64,000 nucleotides of DNA from an uncultured Solirubrobacterales bacterium (GTDB taxonomy: Bacteria > Actinomycetota > Thermoleophilia > Solirubrobacterales > 70-9): NCBI GenBank assembly GCA_963703175.1, contig OY969794.1, positions 1,974,069 to 2,038,068 on the forward strand. Direction: 5' to 3'. Position numbers and translations under genes: made by a program. The notes beneath the pieces are model-generated. The model saw only the letters and a list, made by a program, of their open reading frames with translations, did no database searches and was not told the DNA's origin. This document shows, piece after piece, positions 1 to 9,039 of this stretch. Positions within the stretch are counted from its first letter, which is position 1, and every line of letters starts with the position of its first letter.

Positions 1-38
1 GACCGCATTCCAGAGCGGAATTTGCCATCCTAGACGAG

Positions 39-1151
39 ATGTCTTTGCCGCCTGGGGATGAGCTTCACGAGCTAGCGGAACGACAGGATCCCCGGCTATT
101 GAGGGCCCTGGATGTTGTCGCTCCCGGCGGTGCCCTGCGCGAGGGTATCGACAATATCGTCCATGCTCGCACCGGTGGCCTGATCGTCGTTGGCGATCCC
201 GGCGACATCTCGCACATGCTCTCTGGTGGGATCAAGCTCGATATCGACTACACGCCGGCGATGCTCTACCAGGTGGCGAAGATGGACGGGGCGATCGTGC
301 TCAACGCCGAGGCGACCAAGATTGTCTGGGCCAACGTCCAGCTGATGCCGGATCCGACGATCCTTTCCTCGGAGACGGGCACCCGCCACCGCACCGCCGA
401 GCGCGTCTCCAAACAGACCAACGCGCTTGTCGTCGCAATCTCCCAGCGCCGCGACGTCGTCTCCCTCTACGTCGAGGGAACCAAGTACATCCTGCAGGAA
501 ATCCCCGCGGTGCTGGCCAAGGCGAACCAGGGCCTGGCGACGCTGGAGAAGTACCGCGAGCGGCTCGAACAGGTCTCGAGTCGCCTCACTGTGCTCGAGT
601 TTGAGGGCGGCGGTGTCCTCTACGACGCGCTCACCGTGCTGCAACGGGCCGAGCTGACGACGCGGATGGCGGTCGAGGTCGAGCGCTACATCGTCGAGCT
701 CGGCACCGAGGGCCGGCTGATCGAGATGCAGTTGGAGGAGACGATGGTGGGTGTCGCCGCCGACAAGTCGGCGCTGATCCGCGACTACAGCGTCGAAGAC
801 TCCGAGGGGAATTTGGCCACGGTCCTGCAGTCGCTGGCCCGCATGCCGCACGAGGACGTACTCGACTTCGGTCGCCTCGGCGAGCTGCTCGGCTATGACC
901 GCAAGCTCAACACGCTCGACTTCCCGGTTGCGCCGCGCGGCTATCGCGTGATGGGTCGCATCCCCCGCATTCCCAAGCTTGTCGTCCAGAAGATCATCCA
1001 GGAGCTCGGCGGGCTGGAGGAGGTCCTGGCGGCCTCCGACGCCGACCTGGAAGCGGTCGAGGACGTGGGGCAGACCAGAGCCAAGGACATCCGCGAGGGC
1101 CTGCGACGGCTCCAGGAGGTCGATCTGGTCGACCGGTACTTACAGAGTTGA
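39..1151 (+). CDS. disA: DNA integrity scanning protein DisA (diadenylate cyclase)
   Basis: 370-aa ORF. N-terminal DAC domain (NIVHARTGGLIVVGD) and C-terminal helix-hairpin-helix region (RIPRIPKLVVQKIIQELGG). Sits in the conserved disA-carD-ispD neighbourhood. Confidence 0.9.
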   Translation: MSLPPGDELHELAERQDPRLLRALDVVAPGGALREGIDNIVHARTGGLIVVGDPGDISHMLSGGIKLDIDYTPAMLYQVAKMDGAIVLNAEATKIVWANVQLMPDPTILSSETGTRHRTAERVSKQTNALVVAISQRRDVVSLYVEGTKYILQEIPAVLAKANQGLATLEKYRERLEQVSSRLTVLEFEGGGVLYDALTVLQRAELTTRMAVEVERYIVELGTEGRLIEMQLEETMVGVAADKSALIRDYSVEDSEGNLATVLQSLARMPHEDVLDFGRLGELLGYDRKLNTLDFPVAPRGYRVMGRIPRIPKLVVQKIIQELGGLEEVLAASDADLEAVEDVGQTRAKDIREGLRRLQEVDLVDRYLQS

Positions 1152-1750
1152 CGGCCATGGAGGCCGTCGCAAATCGAAAGGAGCAAGCGATTCCCCAGCT
1201 AGAGGAGGCCACCGAGGTAAGCGTCGAGGAAGTCGAGTACGTCTGCGACTTCGAGGAGGGCGACAAGGTCGTCTATCCGCATCACGGCGCCGGCCTGGTG
1301 ATGAAGAAAGAAACGCGGGAGCTGATGGGCGAGGAGCGTGAATATCTCACGATCAAGATCCTCCACAACGAACTCACCGTGATGGTTCCTTGTGAAAACG
1401 CCGGCAGGGCGGGTCTGCGGCGGGTCATCGACGAGGTCGAAATCAAGAAAGTCACAAGCGTCCTCACCGATGACGTGTCGGACATGCCAAAGAACTGGAA
1501 CCGGCGCTTCAAGTACAACCGCGAGAAGATCAAGACCGGCGACGTGTTCGAGCTCGCCGAGGTCGTCCGCAACCTCGCTCTGCGCGAGATGGAGAAGGGC
1601 CTCTCCACCGGCGAGAAGCAGATGTACACGCGGGCGAAGAAGATCCTCGCCTCGGAGTTCATGTACGCGCTCGACAAAGACGAGGAGGGCGCGGAGGAGT
1701 ACCTCGACGGGCTGTTGGAGGAGCGCTTCGCCGCCACCATCGCCGCCTAG
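1148..1750 (+). CDS. carD: CarD-family RNA polymerase-binding transcription regulator
   Basis: CarD/CdnL N-terminal domain (FEEGDKVVYPHHGAGLVMKKE...REYLTIKI). TTG 1148 overlaps the disA stop; ATG 1157 is an alternative start. Confidence 0.85.
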   Translation: MTAMEAVANRKEQAIPQLEEATEVSVEEVEYVCDFEEGDKVVYPHHGAGLVMKKETRELMGEEREYLTIKILHNELTVMVPCENAGRAGLRRVIDEVEIKKVTSVLTDDVSDMPKNWNRRFKYNREKIKTGDVFELAEVVRNLALREMEKGLSTGEKQMYTRAKKILASEFMYALDKDEEGAEEYLDGLLEERFAATIAA

Positions 1751-1766
1751 TAGGACCGCAGCATCC

Positions 1767-2471
1767 GTCACCGCGGTCATCGCGGCTGCCGGCTCCGGGG
1801 AGAGGCTCGGGGCCGGCGGTCCGAAGGCCTTCGTGCCATCGGCCGGCCGGCCGATGGTCGAGTGGTCGATCGCCGCTATGCGTGCCGCGCGTAGCGTGCG
1901 GTCGATCGTTATCGCCTGTCCGCCGGGCTACGCCCACGATCTCGACGGGGAAGACCTCAGCATGGTCGACGGCGGCGCCACCCGCGCTCAGTCGGTCTCC
2001 AACGCATTGGCTTTAGTGGAAACCGAGTTGGTGGCGATCCACGACGCGGCGCGGCCACTGGTGACGCCCGAGCTGGTAGAGGGCGTGGTTGCGACCCTGG
2101 TCGCCGATCCCGACGCGGACGGCGCCATAGCCGCGACCCCGGTCACCGACACCGTCAAGCAGACCGAGGGGACGAGAGCTGCATTGACCACGTCATACGG
2201 GGCAAATGCAGCTCTCGTGGTCGAGGCGACGGTGGATCGCGGGCGCCTGTGGGCGGCGCAGACGCCGCAGGTGTTCCGGGTCGAGGCTCTGCGCCGCGCG
2301 CTCGAGGCCGATCCGGTTCGGATCGATGCCGCTACCGACGAGGCGATGTTGATCGAGGCGACAGGGGGCCAGGTGCTGATTCATCCTTCGCCGCCCGAGA
2401 ACCTCAAGGTGACTACGCGTGCTGACCTGAGGCTCGCCGGGCTGTTGCTTGACGAGCGCTCAGCTCAGTAA
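1767..2471 (+). CDS. ispD: 2-C-methyl-D-erythritol 4-phosphate cytidylyltransferase
   Basis: VTAVIAAAGSGERLG P-loop, PVTDTVK and WAAQTPQVF motifs. The conserved N-terminus starts around 1767-1779, but there is no ATG/GTG/TTG there, so the start is uncertain. The track ORF from 1392 runs out of frame through carD and is not credible as the start. Confidence 0.8.
   Translation, partial: VTAVIAAAGSGERLGAGGPKAFVPSAGRPMVEWSIAAMRAARSVRSIVIACPPGYAHDLDGEDLSMVDGGATRAQSVSNALALVETELVAIHDAARPLVTPELVEGVVATLVADPDADGAIAATPVTDTVKQTEGTRAALTTSYGANAALVVEATVDRGRLWAAQTPQVFRVEALRRALEADPVRIDAATDEAMLIEATGGQVLIHPSPPENLKVTTRADLRLAGLLLDERSAQ
2172..2218. repeat. Perfect 14-bp inverted repeat (ACGAGAGCTGCATT / AATGCAGCTCTCGT) with a 19-nt loop, in frame inside ispD
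   Basis: Read directly from the sequence. Arms are at 2172-2185 and 2205-2218. It is locally lower in GC than the rest of ispD and coincides with about 12 extra residues between the DTxK and DRxxLW motifs. Confidence 0.7.
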
Positions 2472-2606
2472 GACCCAGGCCAGCGCCGCGGCGAAGCAAG
2501 CTTGGCCAACGCCCAGTGCGATGCCGAGGCTGGCGGCGCCGAGCGCCGCCGCCACGGCCGCCCCGGCGGCAAAGGCGCCCAGCATGATGCCGAGCTGACG
2601 GATCAT
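2460..2606 (-). CDS. Possible small Ala/Gly-rich two-helix membrane protein (48 aa)
   Basis: MIRQLGIMLGAFAAGAAVAAALGAASLGIALGVGQACFAAALAWVLLS. Its ATG overlaps the stop of the upstream DUF389 gene (ATGA-type coupling) and GC3 is high. I do not recognise any homologue. Confidence 0.3.
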   Translation of the reverse strand: MIRQLGIMLGAFAAGAAVAAALGAASLGIALGVGQACFAAALAWVLLS

Positions 2607-3598
2607 CGCCGCGTCTGCTCCCGTCGCGGGTCGGTCGGCAGGCCGGCGACGGCTCTGCTGTCGTCCGCGCGGTGGCGCTGCCTTCGTTGCTTGAAGAACC
2701 TGCGCTCGACAAAGAGGGTTCCGACGCCGGCCAGGACGATCCCGGTCAGGTTGATGGTCAGCTGGGCCATCGCGCCGCGCCAGTCGGCCCAGTTGCCGAG
2801 CGCGGCGGCGACACCGATGTTGGCCGCGGCCGGGATCGTCGTCACCGAGATCAGCACGCCGACCAGCGCTCCCGACTTGGCGGAAGTGAGGGAGAGGACG
2901 CCGGCGGCTCCGGCAAAGACGGCGACGATGATCGAGAACGCGTCCGGCTCGGCGATGAACTGGGTCAGTGGGTTGTCGATGCTCTTGAAGCTCGAATCGA
3001 CCAGCCCGGTCGCGACGCAGATCAGGGTGAAGAGGAACGCGGCGGTGATCCCGATCGGGAAGCCGACCGTCAGGGCGATCAGCGAACGCAGGGCGACCCC
3101 ACGGCGACGCTCGACGATCGCTACGCAAAGGCCCGCGAGCGGACCGAACTCTGGCCCGACGACCATCGCGCCGACGATCAGGATCGGCGAGCCGGTGAAG
3201 ATCCCGACCGAGCCGATCAGGCAGGCAAGGATCATGAAGACGAGGAAGTTGCCGCCAAGCTCGCTGCTCTCCGACGTGCGGGCCTCGACCTCCTCCCAGA
3301 CCACCGCGTCCGACGGAACACCCCAGGCGGCCCGCTCGGCCTGCTTGGCGGCATCGGAGATCTGCGAGTCGATCTGCTCCAGCGCTATCGAACCGTCCCG
3401 CGCCACGCCGAGCTCCTTCAGGTCCTCGATCACGATGCTCGCGTCCTCGCGCGCCACGTCGCAGAGGACGACGTCTCCCGGCGGCTGGCGAGCAGCGCCG
3501 GCCAGATAGACCAGGTTGCAGGCCGACGGCGTCGCTTCGAGCAGGCCGAGCACCTTCTCGGTCCGGTCCTCGGGGACGACGATCCGCAGGTGAACCAC
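2603..3598 (-). CDS. DUF389 (TIGR00341-like) integral membrane protein
   Basis: N-terminal soluble domain (MVHLRIVVPEDRTEKVLGLLE...) followed by several hydrophobic helices, which is the typical DUF389 architecture. Confidence 0.65.
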   Translation of the reverse strand: MVHLRIVVPEDRTEKVLGLLEATPSACNLVYLAGAARQPPGDVVLCDVAREDASIVIEDLKELGVARDGSIALEQIDSQISDAAKQAERAAWGVPSDAVVWEEVEARTSESSELGGNFLVFMILACLIGSVGIFTGSPILIVGAMVVGPEFGPLAGLCVAIVERRRGVALRSLIALTVGFPIGITAAFLFTLICVATGLVDSSFKSIDNPLTQFIAEPDAFSIIVAVFAGAAGVLSLTSAKSGALVGVLISVTTIPAAANIGVAAALGNWADWRGAMAQLTINLTGIVLAGVGTLFVERRFFKQRRQRHRADDSRAVAGLPTDPRREQTRR

Positions 3599-3613
3599 CC
3601 CTCGACCCTACTG

Positions 3614-3665
3614 GGACGTGCCGCCGCTTAAGTACCCATAGTGGCCTCTAAACTGCGGCACGTCC
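3614..3665. promoter_or_regulatory. 11-bp perfect inverted repeat GGACGTGCCGC-N30-GCGGCACGTCC in a divergent promoter region
   Basis: Seen directly in the sequence. It lies between the divergent starts of the DUF389 gene (3598) and the PHP phosphatase gene (3690). Confidence 0.3.
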
Positions 3666-3689
3666 TTCGGGGCCGTAACGTGCGGGCTC

Positions 3690-4535
3690 GTGCTGACCGA
3701 CTATCACCTCCACCTGCGCCCCGACGAGCCCGACACGCCGCCCGAGCGGTACTTCACTGCCGAGAATGTCGAGCGTTATCGGGACGCGGCGGACGCCGCC
3801 GGGGTCGACGAGCTGGGCGTCTCCGAGCACGTCTACCGCTTCACCCAGGCGCTCGACCTTTGGCGCCATCCCTTCTGGCAGGAACAAGCCCGTGACGACC
3901 TCGACGCCTACTGCGAGTTCGTGCGCGGCGCGGGGCTCAAGCTCGGGGTCGAGTGTGACTTCGTCCCCGGTGTGGAGGACCGCACCGCAAATCTGTTGGA
4001 GGCGCGCGACTTCGACTATGTCGTCGGCTCGGTCCACTTCGTCGGCGAGGCTGCGGTCGACCACGAGGGCTGGGACGTCTGGGAGGGACGGGGCGACGCC
4101 GATGAGGTCTGGCGCCGCTACTTCGAGGCGCTCGCCGAGTGCGCCCGTTCGGGCCTCTTCGACATCCTCGCCCATCCTGATCTGGTCAAGGTCTGGGGTC
4201 GCGGCAGGCCGCTGCCCGAGCGCGACCCGCGCTACTACTACGAGCCTGCGGTGGAGGCGATCGCCGAGAGCGGGATCGCGGTCGAGCTCTCGACCGCGGG
4301 ATTGCGCAAGCCAGTCGGCGAGCTTTATCCAGCGCAGGCGTTCGCCGAGATGTGCGTCGAGGCCGGCCTTCCCTTCGCCCTCTCCTCCGATGCCCATCTG
4401 CCCGAGCAGGTTGGCTTCGGCTACGAGCGAGCGCTTGAGTTCCTCGACGATCTCGGTGTGGGGGAGATCAGCGTCTTCGAGCGCCGCAGCCGCCGCTTGG
4501 AGCCGTTGCCGGCTCGGGTAGGCGAGAATCGCTGA
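3690..4535 (+). CDS. PHP-family histidinol-phosphatase (HisJ-type)
   Basis: N-terminal DYHLHL metal motif, then SEHVY and GSVHF, with C-terminal LSSDAH, typical of PHP/HisJ phosphoesterases. Confidence 0.7.
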   Translation: MLTDYHLHLRPDEPDTPPERYFTAENVERYRDAADAAGVDELGVSEHVYRFTQALDLWRHPFWQEQARDDLDAYCEFVRGAGLKLGVECDFVPGVEDRTANLLEARDFDYVVGSVHFVGEAAVDHEGWDVWEGRGDADEVWRRYFEALAECARSGLFDILAHPDLVKVWGRGRPLPERDPRYYYEPAVEAIAESGIAVELSTAGLRKPVGELYPAQAFAEMCVEAGLPFALSSDAHLPEQVGFGYERALEFLDDLGVGEISVFERRSRRLEPLPARVGENR

Positions 4536-4539
4536 ACTT

Positions 4540-4995
4540 ATGAGCGTCGGCATCGGCTACGACAGCCATCGCTTCGCCGAGGGGCGGCCCTTGATCCTGG
4601 GCGGGGTTGAGATCGAGCACGAGCGCGGCCTCAGCGGCCACTCCGACGCCGATGTCCTCACCCATGCGGTGATCGACGCCCTGCTCGGCGCCGCCGGACA
4701 GGGCGACATCGGCACTCTCTTTCCCGACGACGAGGAGCGCTGGCGGGACGCCGACTCGATCGACTTACTGCGAACCGCGGTCGGCACGATCGGCGGGCGT
4801 ATCGTCAACATCGATGCGACCCTGATCTGCGAGGCGCCGCGTCTCGCTTCTCACCGTGCCGAGATGGAGCGCATCCTTGCCGAGGCCACCTCGGCTCGGG
4901 TCAGCGTCAAGGCGACCACCAACGAGGGCATGGGCTGGATCGGCCGGGGCGAGGGAATTGCCTGCATCGCGGTAGCTTCGGTGGAGAGCGAATAG
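4540..4995 (+). CDS. ispF: 2-C-methyl-D-erythritol 2,4-cyclodiphosphate synthase
   Basis: GIGYDSHRF...GHSDADVLTHAVIDALLGA...GDIG signature over 151 aa. Confidence 0.93.
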   Translation: MSVGIGYDSHRFAEGRPLILGGVEIEHERGLSGHSDADVLTHAVIDALLGAAGQGDIGTLFPDDEERWRDADSIDLLRTAVGTIGGRIVNIDATLICEAPRLASHRAEMERILAEATSARVSVKATTNEGMGWIGRGEGIACIAVASVESE

Positions 4996-5008
4996 GCTCC
5001 CCGACCCC

Positions 5009-6658
5009 ATGGGCAAGCTCGCAACTATCGCCGCGGCGGTGCAGCAGAAAGCCGCGGACAAAGCGTTCGAGGTCAAGGTGCTGCACGAGGCTGGCATCCT
5101 CGCCATGCACCGTCCCGACAAGTCGGCGAAGGTCGTCTCCGCTTTCGTTCGTTGGGGGGCCTCGCCGGCCCTCGGCATCACGACCGCGTCGATCCATCAC
5201 CCGCACGAGACGGCGCTGATCGACGAACGCGGCTCGCTCAGTTTCGAACAGCTACAGCGCCGCTCAAACGCGCTTGCCCACGCCTTTGAGCGGATGGGAA
5301 TTGGCCACGGCGACGGGATCGGGATCATGTGCCGCAACCACCGCGGCTTCATTGAGGTGACGCTTGCCGCCGCCAAGATTGGCGCCAGCGCGCTTTACCT
5401 CAACACGATGTTCGCCGGGCCGCAGCTGGTCGAGGTGACGCGCCGCGAGGGACCCAAGGCGCTGGTCTACGACGAAGAGTTTGCCGGGCTGCTCGACGGT
5501 GTCGACGAGGGCATCCAGCGAGTCGTCGCCTGGGCCGATGGCGAGCCCGAGGGGCCGACGCTCGACTCGCTGATCGCCTCCGCCCCCGATTCGGACCTGA
5601 AACCGCCGCCCGACAAGCCCCGCTTCGTCATCCTCACCTCAGGTACGACCGGGACGCCGAAGGGCGCCCAACGTTCCAGTCCAGACGGGCTGCTCGCGAT
5701 GGCGGCGATCATCGACAGGATCCCCTACCGCAGTCGCGACACGATGATGATCGCGGCGCCGCTCTTCCACTCCTGGGGCTTCTTCCACTTCATCATGAGC
5801 CTGCCGACCGCCTCGACGATCGTCTTGCGGCGGCGCTTCGATCCCGAGGGGACGCTGCAAGCCGTGCAGGAGCACCGCGCCAACGTGCTGGCGGTGGTCC
5901 CGGTGATGCTCCAGCGCATCCTGCAGCTGCCCGACCAGACGCTCGCCTCCTACGACCTCTCCTCGCTGCGGATCACCTCGCTCTCCGGTTCGGCCCTGCC
6001 GGGCGAGCTGGCGCTCGAGTGGATGGACCGCTTCGGCGACAACATCTACAACCTCTACGGCTCGACCGAGGTCGCTTACGCGACCGTCGCCACCCCGGGC
6101 GAACTGCGGACTGCGCCCGGAACGGCCGGGCGGCCGCCGAGGGGCACTGTCGTCCGCCTCTACGACGAAGCCGGGCGCGAGGTGCCGCGAGGCGACGTCG
6201 GCCGCATCTTCGTCGGCAACGAGATGTCCTTCGAGGGCTACACCGGCGGTGGCGGCAAGGATGAGATCGATGGTCTGCTGAGTAGCGGTGACGTCGGCCA
6301 CCTCGACGCCGGCGGCCGCCTCTTCATCGACGGCCGCGACGACGAGATGATCGTCTCCGGCGGCGAGAACGTCTTTCCGCGCGAGGTCGAGGACCTTCTC
6401 GCCGACCACGACGCCGTGGTCGAGGTGGCCGTGATCGGGGTTGACGACGAGGAGTATGGACAGCGACTGAAAGCGTTCGTCGTCGTGGCCGAGGAGGCCG
6501 AGGTCTCCGACGAAGAGCTGAAAGCCCACGTCAAGGCGCACCTGGCCGGCTACAAGGCCCCGCGCGAAATCGAGTTTATGCCAGAGCTGCCGCGCAACGC
6601 GACGGGGAAGATCCTGAAGAAGGATCTGCACGCGCGCGAGGCCGAGAAGTCGGCGTAG
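5009..6658 (+). CDS. AMP-dependent acyl-CoA synthetase/ligase
   Basis: AMP-binding motif LTSGTTGTPKGA, GYKAPREIEF and C-terminal GKILKK, over 549 aa. Confidence 0.85.
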   Translation: MGKLATIAAAVQQKAADKAFEVKVLHEAGILAMHRPDKSAKVVSAFVRWGASPALGITTASIHHPHETALIDERGSLSFEQLQRRSNALAHAFERMGIGHGDGIGIMCRNHRGFIEVTLAAAKIGASALYLNTMFAGPQLVEVTRREGPKALVYDEEFAGLLDGVDEGIQRVVAWADGEPEGPTLDSLIASAPDSDLKPPPDKPRFVILTSGTTGTPKGAQRSSPDGLLAMAAIIDRIPYRSRDTMMIAAPLFHSWGFFHFIMSLPTASTIVLRRRFDPEGTLQAVQEHRANVLAVVPVMLQRILQLPDQTLASYDLSSLRITSLSGSALPGELALEWMDRFGDNIYNLYGSTEVAYATVATPGELRTAPGTAGRPPRGTVVRLYDEAGREVPRGDVGRIFVGNEMSFEGYTGGGGKDEIDGLLSSGDVGHLDAGGRLFIDGRDDEMIVSGGENVFPREVEDLLADHDAVVEVAVIGVDDEEYGQRLKAFVVVAEEAEVSDEELKAHVKAHLAGYKAPREIEFMPELPRNATGKILKKDLHAREAEKSA

Positions 6659-6754
6659 ACATTTCAGTTGGGTCTATCGGGTAAGCGCTAATTGCGGAGA
6701 TTTGAGACCGCGACCGGTGGCATTGCTTCCGGGTCGAGTAGTAGGTTGCGGTGA

Positions 6755-7612
6755 ATGGCTGAACCCGCCGTCAAGCTGAACGGAATTGCCGAGGCGACCG
6801 AGCAGATGCACGGGGTCGCGAAGCACGCCCTGGAGTGGGTGCGGAAAAGCGAGGAGCGAGTTTCTGCGGCCGAGAAGAGCCGCGACGAGATCAAAGTGCG
6901 GGCCAAGGCGACGCTGGCAAGGCTGGGAGAGCAGGGTCGCGAGCGAATCGCTGCCGAGCGAGCGAAGCGTCGCGCGGTCGAGTCTCGCGTGGCCCATGCC
7001 GAAGAGAGCCGCAACCGCGCCGAGAAGGCGTTCGAGCGGGCGCAAAAGCGTTCCGAGGCCGACCGCGAGTCCTTCGCCACCCAACTGACCGCAAGTAGGG
7101 CACAGGCCGACCAGGCCACGGCCCAGGCTGTAAAGCGGACCGAAGAAGAGGCTTCGAAGCGAACTGGTGAGGTGCTCGAAAAGGCGCAGGCGGAGGCAGA
7201 TCGGCGCGTCGCCGCAGCCGAGCAGCGCGCCGCGGAGGCCGAGCAGCGCGCCGAGGAGTCCCACCAGATTGCTGTTCGGCTTGAGGCTGAGATCGAGGAG
7301 CGGGTGATGCAGGGCACCGTGGACGTCCGTCGCGAGGCCGACGAGCGGGTCCGCAAGCTGATCGAGAAGGTCGAAGGCGAGGCCACCGAGAAGGCTCGGG
7401 CACGGGCTGAGGAGCAGCTGCAGGCCGAGTCGGAGCGGATCCGGGGCCAGGCCGAGCAGCGCGAGGAGCGATTGCGCCATGCCGCCGAGGACGAGATCAA
7501 GGCCAGCGCCAAACGGGCGCGGCGCGAGGTGCTTGCCGCGGCCGACGAGACCGCGCCGACGTGGGCTCGTAACGACGCCTCGCCCTCGGGCGCGGGCTAC
7601 CGCACCTTCTAG
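6755..7612 (+). CDS. Ala/Glu/Arg-rich coiled-coil protein of unknown function
   Basis: High GC3 in this frame and heptad-like E/A/R/K composition with a short AEQRAxEAEQRAEE repeat. The long minus-strand ORFs across it look like shadows. Confidence 0.55.
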   Translation: MAEPAVKLNGIAEATEQMHGVAKHALEWVRKSEERVSAAEKSRDEIKVRAKATLARLGEQGRERIAAERAKRRAVESRVAHAEESRNRAEKAFERAQKRSEADRESFATQLTASRAQADQATAQAVKRTEEEASKRTGEVLEKAQAEADRRVAAAEQRAAEAEQRAEESHQIAVRLEAEIEERVMQGTVDVRREADERVRKLIEKVEGEATEKARARAEEQLQAESERIRGQAEQREERLRHAAEDEIKASAKRARREVLAAADETAPTWARNDASPSGAGYRTF

Positions 7613-7632
7613 TCCCCTCTAGCATCCGCCTG

Positions 7633-9039
7633 ATGCGAGAGGTGCGGATCAGGGACACGCTGAGCGGCGAGCTGCGCTCGCTCGATGCCGACGACGAGAT
7701 CGGCATCTACGCCTGCGGTCCCACGGTCTACAGCCGGATCCACATCGGCAACGCACGGCCCTTCGTCACCTTCTCGCTTCTGGCTCGGTTTCTGAAGTCG
7801 GAGGGATACAAGACGCGCCTTGTCATCAACGTCACCGATATCAACGACAAGATCTATGTGGCGGCCGGGGCAGCGGGGGAACCCTCTGCCGGGTTCGCCG
7901 AGCGGATGACCCAGGCTTATTTCGAGGACACCGATCGCCTTGGCATTGGGCGTCCTGACGCTGAGCCGCTGGCGACGAAGACGATTGAGGGCATTGTCGC
8001 TTTGATCGGCGATTTGGTCGAGGCCGACCATGCTTATGAGTCCGGCGGCGACGTCTACTTTCGGGTGCGCAGCTTTGAGGGCTACGGCAAGCTCTCCAAC
8101 CGTCGTGCCGAGGACATGGACCAGGGCGAGGAGGCGGGCTCGGCCTCGCTCAAGGAGGATGCGCTCGACTTCGCCCTCTGGAAGGCACACAAGGAGGGCG
8201 AGGACACGCATTGGGACTCGCCTTGGGGGCCGGGACGTCCTGGCTGGCACATTGAGTGCTCGGCGATGGCCGAGGCCGAGCTGGGCCCGTCCTTTGCCAT
8301 CCACGGCGGCGGTTCCGATCTCGTCTTCCCCCATCACGAGAACGAGATCGCCCAGTCCGAGGCGGCGGGGCGGCCCTTCGCCCGCCTCTGGATGCACAAC
8401 GGGATGATCGAGACCGACGCCGAGAAGATGTCGAAGTCGGAGGGCAACATCTTTCAGCTCGCTGAGGCGCTCGATCGCTATGGACGCGAGGCGGTCGTGG
8501 CGTACCTGGTCTCGGGGCACTACCGACAGCCGTTGGCTTTTGGGGCCGAGCAGATGGAGCAGGCGGTCGCTCAGGTTGAGCGATTGCGGAATTTCTTTCG
8601 CGAGCATCCCGTTGGCGCTGCTGGGGTGGATGGCGACAGGGGGGAGGCGGGGGAGGTCTTGTCGGAGCAACAGCGGGGAGGCTCCGCCAAGACCTCCCCC
8701 GCCTCCCGGATCGACGCCTTTCGCGAGGCTCTGGCCGACGACTTCAACACGCCGCGGGCGATGGCTGAGGTGTTTGAGCTGGTGGGAGAGGCGAATCGGA
8801 GTGAGGTGCGGGGCGCTCCCGAGGCATTGCTGGAGATGCTGGAGCTTGTTGGGCTTGAGTCGCTGGCGAGCGCTGAGGAGGGGGCTGGCGATGAGGCGGA
8901 GGACCTGCTGGGTGAGCGTGAGCAGGCGCGTGCCGCTAAGGACTTTGCTCGTGCTGACGAGATTCGTGACCGGCTGGCTGAACTGGGCTGGGAAGTTCGT
9001 GATTCGGCCGATGGAGCGCGATTGGTGCCCAAGTCGTGA
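7633..9039 (+). CDS. cysS: Cysteine--tRNA ligase
   Basis: Class I signature HIGNARP and KMSKSEGN, plus CGPTVY near the N-terminus. Confidence 0.95.
   Translation: MREVRIRDTLSGELRSLDADDEIGIYACGPTVYSRIHIGNARPFVTFSLLARFLKSEGYKTRLVINVTDINDKIYVAAGAAGEPSAGFAERMTQAYFEDTDRLGIGRPDAEPLATKTIEGIVALIGDLVEADHAYESGGDVYFRVRSFEGYGKLSNRRAEDMDQGEEAGSASLKEDALDFALWKAHKEGEDTHWDSPWGPGRPGWHIECSAMAEAELGPSFAIHGGGSDLVFPHHENEIAQSEAAGRPFARLWMHNGMIETDAEKMSKSEGNIFQLAEALDRYGREAVVAYLVSGHYRQPLAFGAEQMEQAVAQVERLRNFFREHPVGAAGVDGDRGEAGEVLSEQQRGGSAKTSPASRIDAFREALADDFNTPRAMAEVFELVGEANRSEVRGAPEALLEMLELVGLESLASAEEGAGDEAEDLLGEREQARAAKDFARADEIRDRLAELGWEVRDSADGARLVPKS

Noticed and set aside
1392-1766. The 5' part of the track ORF 1392-2471, as a long N-terminal extension of IspD.
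   Set aside because: It runs through carD in another frame and translates to Arg/Ser/Thr-rich nonsense. The IspD similarity only begins at about 1767.
6674-7512. Two long minus-strand ORFs (268 and 274 aa) opposite the coiled-coil gene.
   Set aside because: They have a Leu/Ser/Arg/Ala-rich composition without any domain. The plus frame has the better third-position GC bias and a coherent coiled-coil sequence. Confidence in the plus call is still only moderate.
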